A stretch of 64,000 nucleotides of DNA, from contig CAVRCL010000001.1 in NCBI GenBank assembly GCA_963719555.1, positions 67,379 through 131,378 of the forward strand, read 5' to 3'. The notes beneath the pieces are model-generated. The model was given only the letters and a program-made list of their open reading frames with translations. It was not told the DNA's origin and made no database searches. This document shows, piece after piece, positions 24,513 through 34,559 of this stretch (position 1 is the first letter of the stretch; each line of letters starts with the position of its first letter). The translations under genes and the position numbers were made by a program. The DNA is from Thermoanaerobaculia bacterium. GTDB lineage: Bacteria > Acidobacteriota > Thermoanaerobaculia > Multivoradales > JAGPDF01.

Positions 24513-26968
24513 CGCGGGCGCGCCCCGTGTCCGCGTGCAACCCGCAGGGAACGTGAAACGGGACGAACCGCTGACCGCTGCGGGACCATCTTCGCGGGGC
24601 TTGGCGACGGGACGCAGCGGCAGGAGGACGCGCGCGAGCACGTCGTCCATCGATTCGGCAGTGTGGAGCGTGAGGCCCTTGTGGGCCGACGCCGGTATCT
24701 CGATCAGGTCGCGCTGGTTGAGCTTCGGCAGTACGACCGAGCGGATGCCGGCCGCCTGCGCGGCGAGAAGCTTCTCTTTGAGACCACCGATCGCCATGAC
24801 CTCGCCGCGCAAGGTGATCTCGCCGGTCATCGCCAGCTTGCGGTCGATCTTCCTGCCGGTGAGGGTCGATACCAGCGCCGAAGCGATGGTGATACCGGCC
24901 GAAGGGCCGTCCTTCGGAATGGCGCCCGCCGGAACGTGAACGTGCAGATCGTTCTGGGTGAAGAACTCGGCGGGGTGGCCGTTGCGCGCCGCCCAGTCGC
25001 GGGTGAACGAGAGCGCGGCCTGGGCGGACTCCTTCATCACGTCGCCCAGCTGGCCGGTGAGCACGAGCTGTCCCTTGCCGGGGGTGGCGAGGACCTCGAT
25101 GAACATCAGTTCGCCACCGGCAGCGGTCCAGGCGAGCCCGGTGGCGACGCCGACCCGGTCGCGCTCGAGCAGATCCTCGCTGGTGTGCTTCGGCTGCCCG
25201 AGGTATTTCTCGATGGTGCGCGGACCGATCGTCACCCGTCGCAGCCTTGCCGCCGGCGACGGTGATCGCCACCTTGCGGCAGACGCTGGCCATCTCGCGC
25301 TCGAGCCCGCGCAGCCCTGCCTCCCGCGTGTAGCCGGAGATCGTGCGCCGCAGGGCGGCGTCGCTCCAGGCGAGGTGGGCATCGGGGTAGGCCGTTGTCC
25401 GCGAGCGTCTTCGGCAGGAGATGACGCTTCGCGATGGCGAGCTTTTCTTCGACGGTGTAGCCCGAGAGCCTGAGGACCTCCATGCGGTCGAGAAAAGCCG
25501 GCTGGATCGGTTCGAGGAGGTTGGCGGTGGTGACGAACAGGACGCGCGACAGGTCATAGGCGACGCCCAGGTAGTGGTCGCGAAAGTTCGAGTTCTGTTC
25601 CGGGTCGAGGACCTCGAGCAGCGCCGACGACGGGTCGCCGCGGAAGTCCGCGCCGATCTTGTCGATCTCGTCCAGCATGAAGACGGGATTTCCCGTCCCG
25701 GCCTGGTGCAAGCCCTGGAGAATGCGGCCGGGGAGGGCGCCGACGTAGGTGCGACGGTGGCCGCGGATCTCCGCTTCGTCACGGACGCCACCCAACGAGA
25801 GGCGAACGAACTTCCTCCCCATGGCGCGCGCGATCGAGCGTCCGAGGGAAGTCTTCCCCACTCCGGGCGGGCCGACGAAACAGAGGATCGGACCGCGGGC
25901 GTTCGCCTTGAGCTTGCGCACGGCGAGGAACTCGAGCATCCGCTCCTTGATCTTCTCGAGGTCCCAATGGTCCTCGTCGAGGATCTTGCGCGCGTGAGCG
26001 AGGTCGAGATTGTCGGTGCTCGTGACCTGCCACGGGAGACCGGTGAGCCAGTCGAGGTACGTGCGCTGAACGGCGGCTTCGGCGCTGTCGGGATGGCCGC
26101 GCTCGAGGCGGCGGATCTGACGCTCGAGCTCCTCCTTCGCCTCTTCCGGGAGCTGCTTCTCCTCGGCGAGCTTGCGATATCGCGCTACCTCTTCGGCGAG
26201 CTCGTTCTCCTCGCCGAGCTCGAGCTGGATGGCGCGCAACTGCTGGCGGAGGAAGTACTCGCGCTGATTGCGATCGATCTCGCCGCGCGCCTGGGAGGAG
26301 ATCTCCTGCTGCATCGTCAGCAGTTGAATCTCGCGCAACATGAACTCGGTGACCATCTTGAGGCGCTCGGTGCCGTCGATCGTCTCGAGCACCCGCTGCG
26401 CATCGGGGATGGCGAGCTCGAGGTTGCTGGCGATGAGATCCGCGAGCCGGCCCGGGATCCTCGAGGTTGGCGACCAGCACCAGGACTTCGGGGGAGACGC
26501 CCTTACCGAGTCCGACGATACGGTCCATGCTCTCCTTCGCCGACCGCACGAGAGCCTGCGTGGCGAGCGAGCCGGACGCCGGACGGCAATTCCGCAATCG
26601 GCTGGATCCGCGCCTGCGGAAAGTCGTCGGGGCGCGAGAGGTGCTCCAGGCGAACCCTGGCAACCCCCTGAACGAGGAGGCGGATCCGGCCGTCGGGCAG
26701 CTTGAGCATGCGCATGATCGAGGCCGCCGTGCCAACCTGGTAGAGGTCCGCCTGTTCCGGCTCCTCGATCGCGGCGTCGCGCTGCGCCACCAAGAGGACC
26801 ATCCGGTTCTCGGCGAGCGACTGATCGACCGCCCGGATCGAGCTCTCCCGGCCGAGCGATAGCGGGACGATGATGAACGGATAGAGCACCGCGTCCTTGA
26901 GCGGCAGGACCGGCAAGAATGTCGGGCAATCGGACGGTGTCGTCCAGCGGACTCTCCCGCTGCTTCAT
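24509..26968 (-). CDS. lon: ATP-dependent Lon protease, at least 5 frameshifts
   Basis: [94 protein letters not shown] and catalytic [16 protein letters not shown]...[18 protein letters not shown]. The ATG at 26968 overlaps the nrdR stop as ATGA. Confidence 0.9.
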
Positions 26969-27429
26969 GCTGTGCCTTTCTTCTTGAGCAACGTCTTCAG
27001 TTCCTCCATGAATTCGCCCACGTCCTCGAAGCGGCGATAGACCGAGGCGAACCGCACGTAGGCCACCTGGTCGAGCTCGCGCAGCCGCTCCATCGCGAAG
27101 GCGCCGATCTCGCTCGTCGAAAGCTCGCGATCCTCCTGGTCCGTCAGCAGGCTCTCGGCGGCGTCCACGATCTCCTCGAGCTGGCGCAGCGACACCGGCC
27201 GCTTCTCGCACGCCTTCTCGAGCCCCTTGAGGAGCTTGCCGCGGTCGAAATCCTCGCGCGAGCCGTCGTTCTTGACCACCCGGTAGGCGATCTCCTCGAC
27301 TTTCTCGTAGGTCGTGAAGCGGCGATGGCAGGCGAGGCATTCACGGCGGCGCCGGATCGTCACGCCTTCGCGGCTCTCGCGCGAATCGACGACCCGGTCC
27401 TGGCTCGTTCCGCAGAAGGGGCAGCGCAT
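26965..27429 (-). CDS. nrdR: Transcriptional repressor NrdR
   Basis: Intact 154-aa [45 protein letters not shown]..., consisting of a zinc ribbon plus an ATP-cone. Confidence 0.95.
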   Translation of the reverse strand: MRCPFCGTSQDRVVDSRESREGVTIRRRRECLACHRRFTTYEKVEEIAYRVVKNDGSREDFDRGKLLKGLEKACEKRPVSLRQLEEIVDAAESLLTDQEDRELSTSEIGAFAMERLRELDQVAYVRFASVYRRFEDVGEFMEELKTLLKKKGTA

Positions 27430-27502
27430 GGGAACACTCTAGCGCAGGCCGCCGGCGTCCCTCGCGCGGCCGGCGCGGACCGGAGCTCGCCGCGCGGGCG
27501 AT

Positions 27503-28768
27503 TCAGTCCCTGGACTTGAGGGCGACGTTCAGCTGCAGCAGGACGCGCTCGAGCGTCTTGGCATCCTGGATCTCGATCGGCAGGTCGCGGATCGCGTCGA
27601 CGACCTGGCGGTCCTCGTCCTCGATCCGGAGGTTGAGCAGGAAGCGGCGCGCCCGACTGAATTCGCCGCGCTTGAGAGTCAGCTCGACCGAACGATGGAT
27701 CTCTCCCGGCCGTTCAGCACCGGGTACTTCGGGTGGGCGCTCGACCCGCCGGGCTGGACCGGCGGTCGTGCGGTGGCCGAGCCGGCGGCCGCCGCGGGCG
27801 ACGTCGCCGCGGGACGCCGCCGTCGGCACGTGAGTGGCCGGATGCGCCGGGGCGTGCATGGCCTGGCGTCGGATCTTCTCGAGCTCGGCGAGGACGTCGA
27901 CCTGGCTCGTCTTCGACCTGGCGGCCGGGGAGAGCGGCGCGCTCCGGGGCGATGTGGTTTCCACGCCCAGCCGCGCAACCGTCGCCGGGGCAGGAGCTGC
28001 CGCAGCCATCTTCGTCGGAGCCGGCTCGGGGCCAACCCCGCTGCCGGAGGCCGGCAAGGCGATGGCCGGCAGGACCTGCGGACCGGAGACCGAGACCCCT
28101 GAGGGGTGCGCGGCGGCCGGCCTGGTGGGGGCGGCCAGAGCGATGATCTTGGCGTGCCCGCCGGCCTCCTGCCCAGGCCGCGTGAGCCGTTTCTTCAGAT
28201 TCAGCAGGGTCAGCTTGGAAATGCCCTTGAGGGTTTCGAAGACGCCCTGGCCCGAGACCGCGGAAGCTCCAAAGCTCGGCCAGCCGCGGGGATTCAGCGC
28301 CTGTTCCATCTCCTCGATCGAACAGACGTCGGGCAGGTCGCGCTTGTTGTACTGCAGGACGATCGGCATGCTCTCGGCCGAGAGGTTCATCTCCTCGAGG
28401 TTGATCTGGAGATTGCGCAGCGACTCGAGATTGGCCTGCAGCATCGGGCGCTGCGAGTCGGCGACGAAGACGACTCCGTCGACGCCCTTCAGCACGAGCT
28501 TGCGGGTCGTGTTGTAGAACACCTGACCGGGGACCGTGTAGAGCTGAATGCGGGTATTGAAGCCGGCGATCGATCCGACATCGATCGGCAGGAGGTCGAA
28601 GAAGAGCGTGCGGTCGGTCTCGGTTTCGAGCGACACCATCTCGCCGCGGCTCTCCTGCGAAGTGTGCCCGTAAATGAACTGCAGATTGGTCGTCTTGCCG
28701 CACAGACCGGGGCCGTAGTACACCACTTTCGCCGCCATCTGCATCGTGCTGTAGTTGAAGAAGACCAT
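27503..28768 (-). CDS. mglA: MglA-type Ras-like GTPase with a ~225-aa C-terminal extension
   Basis: Intact 421-aa ORF. Residues 1-195 carry VYYGPGLCGKTTNLQFIY, SLETETDRTLFFDLLP, LYTVPGQVFY and VLQYNKRDLP, matching M. xanthus MglA motifs from memory. A Pro/Ala-rich linker follows, then a non-repetitive ~65-aa C-terminal segment. Confidence 0.85.
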   Translation of the reverse strand: MVFFNYSTMQMAAKVVYYGPGLCGKTTNLQFIYGHTSQESRGEMVSLETETDRTLFFDLLPIDVGSIAGFNTRIQLYTVPGQVFYNTTRKLVLKGVDGVVFVADSQRPMLQANLESLRNLQINLEEMNLSAESMPIVLQYNKRDLPDVCSIEEMEQALNPRGWPSFGASAVSGQGVFETLKGISKLTLLNLKKRLTRPGQEAGGHAKIIALAAPTRPAAAHPSGVSVSGPQVLPAIALPASGSGVGPEPAPTKMAAAAPAPATVARLGVETTSPRSAPLSPAARSKTSQVDVLAELEKIRRQAMHAPAHPATHVPTAASRGDVARGGRRLGHRTTAGPARRVERPPEVPGAERPGEIHRSVELTLKRGEFSRARRFLLNLRIEDEDRQVVDAIRDLPIEIQDAKTLERVLLQLNVALKSRD

Positions 28769-28772
28769 GGGT

Positions 28773-29714
28773 TTAGCCTGACGGCTCTCGCCAAGTTAGC
28801 ACCCGGTCTTTTGTCAGGTCAAGGAGATCGGCGCGAGCGAGCAGCTCCGCCAGGGCAATCCGGGGTGGATCGGGAGCGGCCAGGCGCGAACGCTGGCGCA
28901 GACTTTCGCGCGCCAGGGCGACGACCACCGGCACCGCCTCGGGCGCGATCCGGGCGAGCTCACCGAGCTCGAAAAGGAAGGTGTGCTGGTCGCCGCGCGC
29001 CGCCGGGCCGGTGATTCCCGCCGCCGGGTCGGCGAGCGCCAGTGCCTTCGCCAAAGCGTCGGTCGCGAGCCTGGCGAATCCCGGCCGCACCTCGGCCGGC
29101 AGGCGGGAGCGGTCGGCGATCTCCATCGCCACCGCCGCCACTGTCGTCATGGCGCCGGCCATCAACGTGGCGACGAGGTGGTAGAGCGGCCGCTGCCCTG
29201 CCGGGATCTCCGCCGACGTCGCGCCGAATGCGGTCGCGAGGCGGCGGCCCAGCTCGATCGCGGGTGGATCGCCGTCCAGGGCGAAGAAGAGGCCGGACGC
29301 CTCCTCGACGCTTGCTTCGGGCGTCGGAAAGGCGCGCAGAGGGTGGAAACCACCGATGGCCGAGCCGGCGGCGCGGAGCGGTTCGAGCACCGCCGCCCCG
29401 GCGACGCCCGAGACGTGCAGCGCCACGTCGGCCTGCGGCCTTTGCGCCAGCAGGCGGGCGATGCCATCGAGCTCGCCGTCGGAAACCGCGATCAGCAGCA
29501 ACTCCTCGCCGCGGGTGGCGAGCTGGCGGGTCTCGATCCCGGGCACCCCGGAGCGTCGCGCGAAGGCCTGCACGCTCGCGGAACCGGGCCGGCCAGCCAA
29601 CTGTGAGAGTCTCCCGCCGCGGGCCACGATCCACGCCGCGAGGCTCTGGCCGACCGATCCGGGCCCGACCAAGGTGAAGCGCAGGCCGGCGAGGGGCAGT
29701 TCCGCGGGGCTCAC
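28773..29714 (-). CDS. Rossmann-fold NAD(P)-binding protein with a DUF2520-like C-terminal domain
   Basis: Intact 313-aa ORF. FTLVGPGSVGQSLAAWIVARGG (dinucleotide fold), ...GGFHPLRAF...FFALDGD... and TGPAARGD. Family call is from memory of the DUF2520 architecture. Confidence 0.6.
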   Translation of the reverse strand: MSPAELPLAGLRFTLVGPGSVGQSLAAWIVARGGRLSQLAGRPGSASVQAFARRSGVPGIETRQLATRGEELLLIAVSDGELDGIARLLAQRPQADVALHVSGVAGAAVLEPLRAAGSAIGGFHPLRAFPTPEASVEEASGLFFALDGDPPAIELGRRLATAFGATSAEIPAGQRPLYHLVATLMAGAMTTVAAVAMEIADRSRLPAEVRPGFARLATDALAKALALADPAAGITGPAARGDQHTFLFELGELARIAPEAVPVVVALARESLRQRSRLAAPDPPRIALAELLARADLLDLTKDRVLTWREPSG

Positions 29715-29795
29715 TGGGGTAAAATACGCGGGTCCGAGAGCTTACGCAACGCGCGGCAGCACGCAAGGCACCGGTACAACTGCCCAAAAAACGAC

Positions 29796-30854
29796 ATGCG
29801 ACCCGTCCGCCCCGCCCTCGAACTGACTCCGCGCGATCGCGAGATCCTGCGCGATGTCGTGCAGACGTTCATCCTCGTCGGCGAACCGGTCAGTTCCCGT
29901 TCGGTGGCGAAGCACGCGCAGCATGGAGTGTCGGCGGCGACGATCCGCAACGTGATGGCTGATCTCGAGGAGTGGGGCTACCTCGAGCAGCCGCACACAT
30001 CCGCGGGACGAGTGCCGAGCGCCGCCGGGTACCACCTCTATATCGAGGCCCTGATGGAGAAGGGCAGTCTCTCGGAGGACGATCGCCGGCGCATCGACGG
30101 AGACTTCCATGGTGGCGAAGCCGAGCCCGGGCGTCTCGTCGCCATGACCTCGCGGCTGCTTTCCCGGCTTTCCGGACAGATCGGCATCCTGGTCACCCCG
30201 GCGATCGGCGACACGGTCCTGCGGACCGTCGATTTCGTTCCGCTCTCCGGGCGAAGGGTGCTCTGCGTGGTCGTCTCGGAGGCCGGATTCGTGGAGAACA
30301 AGCTGCTCGAAGTCGAGGAGGAGCTCTCGCGCGAGGAGCTGATTCGGATTTCGAACTACCTGACCGAGAACTTCAGGGGGCGGACGCTGCGCACGATCCG
30401 CGAGCGCCTGCTCGCCGCGATGACCGACGAGCGGACGCAGATGGACGAGCTGCTGGGACGCGCGATCTTTCTCGCCCAGCGCTCGCTCGAATCCACCCAG
30501 GGGCCCGAAGTGCTGGTCGAGGGCACGGCTCAGTTGCTGGCGCGGCCGGAGCTCGAGAATCTGTCGCGCGTGCGGCTCCTGCTCGACATGTTCGCCGATC
30601 GTCAGCGTCTCGTGACCCTGCTCAACCAGTGCATGGACGGCAGTGGAGTGCGGGTGGTCATCGGCGAAGACAGCTCGGTAACGTCGGACCTGGGTTTCAG
30701 CCTCATCGCGCGGCCGTTCGGCACCGGCGAGGGCGCCCAGGGCACGCTTGGAATTTTCGGCCCGTCGCGCATGGAATACGAGCGCATCATTCCTTTGGTC
30801 GACTATCTGGGAGAATCCCTGTCGCGGGCGCTCGAGTCGAGCGCAAGCCGATAG
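29796..30854 (+). CDS. hrcA: Heat-inducible transcription repressor HrcA
   Basis: Intact 352 aa. LTPRDREILRDVVQTFILVGEPVSSRSVAK...SAATIRNVMADLEEWGYLEQPHTSAGRVPS..GY. Confidence 0.9.
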   Translation: MRPVRPALELTPRDREILRDVVQTFILVGEPVSSRSVAKHAQHGVSAATIRNVMADLEEWGYLEQPHTSAGRVPSAAGYHLYIEALMEKGSLSEDDRRRIDGDFHGGEAEPGRLVAMTSRLLSRLSGQIGILVTPAIGDTVLRTVDFVPLSGRRVLCVVVSEAGFVENKLLEVEEELSREELIRISNYLTENFRGRTLRTIRERLLAAMTDERTQMDELLGRAIFLAQRSLESTQGPEVLVEGTAQLLARPELENLSRVRLLLDMFADRQRLVTLLNQCMDGSGVRVVIGEDSSVTSDLGFSLIARPFGTGEGAQGTLGIFGPSRMEYERIIPLVDYLGESLSRALESSASR

Positions 30855-30870
30855 GGCAACTGGAGCTGTG

Positions 30871-31536
30871 ATGAGCGAGCGCGACGATTCCAAACCCGAA
30901 GGTCGAGAGGAAGATTCTCCTCCGGAGGGCTTCGAGGACACAGTGGTGGAAATCCTGAGCCTCGGTGACGAGGAGGACGCCGTCGACCCGGGCGCCGAGC
31001 GGTCGGGAGATGGCGGGCCGGAAGGCGGTCCGCGTGTCGGCAGCGTCGAAATGCGCCGGCTGGAGTCGGTTCTGGCGATGGAGCGGGAACGTGCGCTGCG
31101 CTTGCGGGCCGATTTCGACAACTACCGCAAGCGGACCGAGCGCGAGCGCGCCGAGATCGAGCGCTACGCCCTCGCCGACGCGTTGCGCGAGCTTCTCCCG
31201 GTGGTCGATAATCTCGAGCGGGCTCTCGGCGCGCAAGGCGGGCAGGGCGATTCCAACGACCTGCGCCGCGGCGTCGAGATGATCGTCCGGCAGCTGGAGG
31301 AGGTGCTGAAGCGCTACGGGCTATCGCCGATTCCGGCGGTCGGGGAGCGCTTCGATCCTTCGGTGCACGAGGCCGTATTCCAGGAAGAATCCGACCTCGT
31401 CGCGGCCCCTACGGTGGCGGCCGAATTGCAGCGCGGATACCGACTGAACGACAGACTCCTGCGGCCGTCGCTGGTCAAGGTCGCTGTACCGAGAGAAACG
31501 ACGGGCGACGACTCCTCGTCGGCTTCGTCGCAGTAG
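30871..31536 (+). CDS. grpE: Nucleotide exchange factor GrpE
   Basis: From ATG 30871. LRLRADFDNYRKRTERE...LLPVVDNLERAL...FDPSVHEAV...GYRLNDRLLRPSLVKV. Confidence 0.9.
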   Translation: MSERDDSKPEGREEDSPPEGFEDTVVEILSLGDEEDAVDPGAERSGDGGPEGGPRVGSVEMRRLESVLAMERERALRLRADFDNYRKRTERERAEIERYALADALRELLPVVDNLERALGAQGGQGDSNDLRRGVEMIVRQLEEVLKRYGLSPIPAVGERFDPSVHEAVFQEESDLVAAPTVAAELQRGYRLNDRLLRPSLVKVAVPRETTGDDSSSASSQ

Positions 31537-31565
31537 AGTTCGTTCGTTAGAGAAAAGGGGAAAAC

Positions 31566-33428
31566 GTGGGGAAGATCATCGGCATTGATCTGGGCACCAC
31601 GAACAGCTGCGTCGCGGTAGTCGAGGCTTTCTCTCCGCGGGTGCTGGCGAATCGCGACGGCAGCCGCACGACGCCGTCGATCGTCGCTTTCACACCCGAC
31701 GGGGACCGACTCGTGGGTCAGATCGCCAAGCGCCAGGCGATCACCAATCCGCAGCAGACGGTGTTCGCGGTCAAGCGCCTGATCGGCCGCAAGTTCAGCG
31801 ATTCGAACGTCCAGCGCGCCTGCGACCTTCTTCCTTATGCGCTCGTCGAAGCAGCCAACGGCGACGTGAAGATCCAGATCCGCGATCGCCAGCACAGCCC
31901 GGAGGAGATCGCCGCTTTCGTGCTGCGTGAGCTCAAGGCCTTCGCCGAAGAGGCGCTGGGAGAGCCGGTGCGCGAGGCGATCATCACGGTTCCGGCCTAC
32001 TTCGACGATTCGCAGCGCCAGGCGACCAAGGACGCCGGGCGCATCGCGGGCCTCGAGGTACTGCGCATCCTGAACGAGCCGACCGCCGCCGCGTTGGCCT
32101 ATGGTCTCGACCGCGGGACCGCGAACCGCAGGATCGCGGTCTACGACCTCGGGGGCGGCACGTTCGACATTTCGATTCTCGAGCTCTCCGAGGGCATCTT
32201 CGAAGTGCGCTCCACTTCCGGCGACACCTATCTCGGCGGAGAGGACTTCGATCAACGCATCATCGACTGGCTGATCCAGGAGTTTCGCGCCGAGACGGCA
32301 ATCGATCTGCGCGGCGACCGCATGGCGCTGCAGCGGTTGAAGGAGGCCGCCGAGCGCGCCAAGTGCGAGCTCTCGACGGTGCCTGAAGCGACGATCAATC
32401 TGCCGTTCATCTCGGCCGATGAGAGCGGTCCGCGCCATCTCTCCCGCGTGCTCACCCGCAGCGCTTTCGAAGGCCTGGTCGCCGAGCTCGTGGCGCGCAC
32501 CGAAGGTCCCTGCCGCGACGCCATCGAGCAGGCGGGGCTGGCCGCCGAGGACATCGACGAGGTCCTGCTGGTCGGCGGACAGACCCGCACGCCGCTCGTT
32601 GCGCAGACCGTCGAGCGGATCTTCCGCCGCCCGCCGAACCGGGACATCAATCCCGACGAAGTGGTGGCGATCGGCGCCGCCATCCAGGGCGGCATCATTC
32701 GGGGCGACATCAAGGACCTGGTCCTGCTCGATGTCACCCCGCTCTCGCTCGGCATCGAGACCCATGGTGGCTTGTTCGTTCGCCTCATCGAGCGCAACGC
32801 GACAATCCCCACCAAGAACGCGCAGATTTTCACCACCGTCGTCGACAACCAGGACACCGTCGAAGTCCACGTGCTTCAGGGCGAGCGCGAGATCGCTACC
32901 GAAAACCGTTCCCTTGGACGTTTCGAGCTGGTCGGAATTCCGCCGGCGCCGCGCGGCGTGCCGCAGATCGAAGTCACGTTCGCCATCGATTCGAACGGTA
33001 TCGTGAGCGTTTCGGCGCGCGATGTGGCGACCAACCAGTCGCAGACGATCCAGATCAACCCGGCGGGCGGACTCTCCAAGGATGAGATCGACCGCCTGGT
33101 GACCGAAGCCGACGAGTTCGCCCAGGCCGATGCCCAGAAGCGCGAGATGCGGCGTCTGAAGAATCGCATCGAGGGTCTCATCTACACCAATGAGAAGGTG
33201 CTGTCGCAGTTCAGCGACAGCCTGCCCGAGAAGGATCGCAAGCGCACCTCGGAGACGCTGCTCCGCGCGCGGATGGCATTGACCAGCGACGCCCGCGCGG
33301 ACCTCGAAACGGCGCTCTTCGATCTCAACTCGACCTCGCGCTCGCTCTCCGAATTGATGATGAGCCGGGTGGGCGAGACCGGCCTGCCGCCCGGCTTCGA
33401 GGCCGGCGGCACCGGAACGAAGGGCTGA
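31566..33428 (+). CDS. dnaK: Chaperone DnaK (Hsp70)
   Basis: Intact 620 aa. GIDLGTTNSCVAV, DLGGGTFDISIL and VLLVGGQTRTP. Confidence 0.97.
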   Translation: MGKIIGIDLGTTNSCVAVVEAFSPRVLANRDGSRTTPSIVAFTPDGDRLVGQIAKRQAITNPQQTVFAVKRLIGRKFSDSNVQRACDLLPYALVEAANGDVKIQIRDRQHSPEEIAAFVLRELKAFAEEALGEPVREAIITVPAYFDDSQRQATKDAGRIAGLEVLRILNEPTAAALAYGLDRGTANRRIAVYDLGGGTFDISILELSEGIFEVRSTSGDTYLGGEDFDQRIIDWLIQEFRAETAIDLRGDRMALQRLKEAAERAKCELSTVPEATINLPFISADESGPRHLSRVLTRSAFEGLVAELVARTEGPCRDAIEQAGLAAEDIDEVLLVGGQTRTPLVAQTVERIFRRPPNRDINPDEVVAIGAAIQGGIIRGDIKDLVLLDVTPLSLGIETHGGLFVRLIERNATIPTKNAQIFTTVVDNQDTVEVHVLQGEREIATENRSLGRFELVGIPPAPRGVPQIEVTFAIDSNGIVSVSARDVATNQSQTIQINPAGGLSKDEIDRLVTEADEFAQADAQKREMRRLKNRIEGLIYTNEKVLSQFSDSLPEKDRKRTSETLLRARMALTSDARADLETALFDLNSTSRSLSELMMSRVGETGLPPGFEAGGTGTKG

Positions 33429-33431
33429 CGA

Positions 33432-34559
33432 ATGCCGAAGGCCGAACGCGCCCGGCGCGACTACTACGAGATCCTCGGCGTGGAGCGGACCGCTACCGAC
33501 AAGGAGATCAAGGCCGCCTACCGCAGGCTCGCCCTGCTTCATCATCCGGACAAGAACCCCGGCGACAAGGGGGCGGAGGAGCTCTTCAAGCAGGCGGCCG
33601 AGGCCTATGCGGTGCTCTCGGATTCCGCGAAGCGCGAGCGCTATGACCGTTTCGGGCATCAGGCGGCGCCGGGCTTCGACGGTGGCTTCGATCCTTCGAC
33701 GTTCTCGGACTTCTCGGACATCCTGGGCGACCTGTTCGGCTTCGCCGGAGGTGGCGGGCGCGGGAGCCGAAGTCGCGCCACTCCGGGAGCCGACCTGCGC
33801 TACGACCTCGAGATCGGCTTCGAGGAGGCGGCTTTCGGTGTCACCAAGAGCCTGAAGATCCCGCGCCTGGAAAGTTGCGAGACCTGCGGTGGAAGCGGCG
33901 CGGCGGGCGGCTCTTCGCCGGTGAAGTGCTCGGGGTGCGGCGGGCGCGGACAAGTCCATTACTCCCAGGGATTCTTCACTCTCGCGCGAACCTGCCCGAG
34001 GTGCGGCGGCGAAGGCGTCACGATCACCGACCCGTGCAAGAACTGTCGCGGCGAAGGGCGGGTCGAGAAGCTGCGAACCCTCGAGGTGAAGATCCCGCGC
34101 GGCGTCGACACCGGGGCCCGCCTGCGCGTGGTCGGCGAAGGCGAGCATGGGCGTCGAGGTGGACCGCGCGGCGATCTCTACGTCGTTCTCGGCGTCGCGC
34201 CGCACGAGCGCTTCGAACGCGACGGTAACAACGTTCTCTGCGAAGTCGAGATCGGCTATGCGCAGGCGGTGCTGGGGGCCGAGGTCGAGGTGGAGACCCT
34301 GCACGGCAAGGAGGAGCTGGTCATTCCGGCGGGAACGCATCATGGCGAGCAGTTCCGCCTGAAGGGCAAGGGGATCGACCGCCTGGGCGGATCAGGCCGC
34401 GGCGATCACATCGCGCTGGCGGCGATCCGCGTGCCGGCGCCCGGCGACCTCGACGACGAGCAACGCGACCTCCTGCGCAAGCTGGCCGGACTCGAAGGTC
34501 GTCCAGTGAAGGAGGACCGCGGCGTCCTCCATCGTGTCCGCGACCTGTTCGGCGGATGA
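33432..34559 (+). CDS. dnaJ: Co-chaperone DnaJ
   Basis: Intact 375 aa. J-domain DYYEILGV...[14 protein letters not shown], a G/F region and four CxxCxGxG repeats. Confidence 0.95.
   Translation: MPKAERARRDYYEILGVERTATDKEIKAAYRRLALLHHPDKNPGDKGAEELFKQAAEAYAVLSDSAKRERYDRFGHQAAPGFDGGFDPSTFSDFSDILGDLFGFAGGGGRGSRSRATPGADLRYDLEIGFEEAAFGVTKSLKIPRLESCETCGGSGAAGGSSPVKCSGCGGRGQVHYSQGFFTLARTCPRCGGEGVTITDPCKNCRGEGRVEKLRTLEVKIPRGVDTGARLRVVGEGEHGRRGGPRGDLYVVLGVAPHERFERDGNNVLCEVEIGYAQAVLGAEVEVETLHGKEELVIPAGTHHGEQFRLKGKGIDRLGGSGRGDHIALAAIRVPAPGDLDDEQRDLLRKLAGLEGRPVKEDRGVLHRVRDLFGG

Noticed and set aside
29715-29795. A search for a CIRCE operator (TTAGCACTC-N9-GAGTGCTAA) upstream of hrcA. I also searched upstream of dnaK (31537-31565). 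A partial match, TTAGCACCC, lies at about 28797.
   Set aside because: No inverted-repeat partner is present at any of these sites. The 28797 hit lies inside the DUF2520 coding region and its right half does not match. There is no supported CIRCE element in the window.
31314-34343. A 1009-aa ORF on the minus strand.
   Set aside because: It lies entirely antisense to the intact dnaK and dnaJ genes. Its translation is Arg/Ala/Gly-rich with no recognisable motifs, which is the classic shadow ORF of a high-GC genome.
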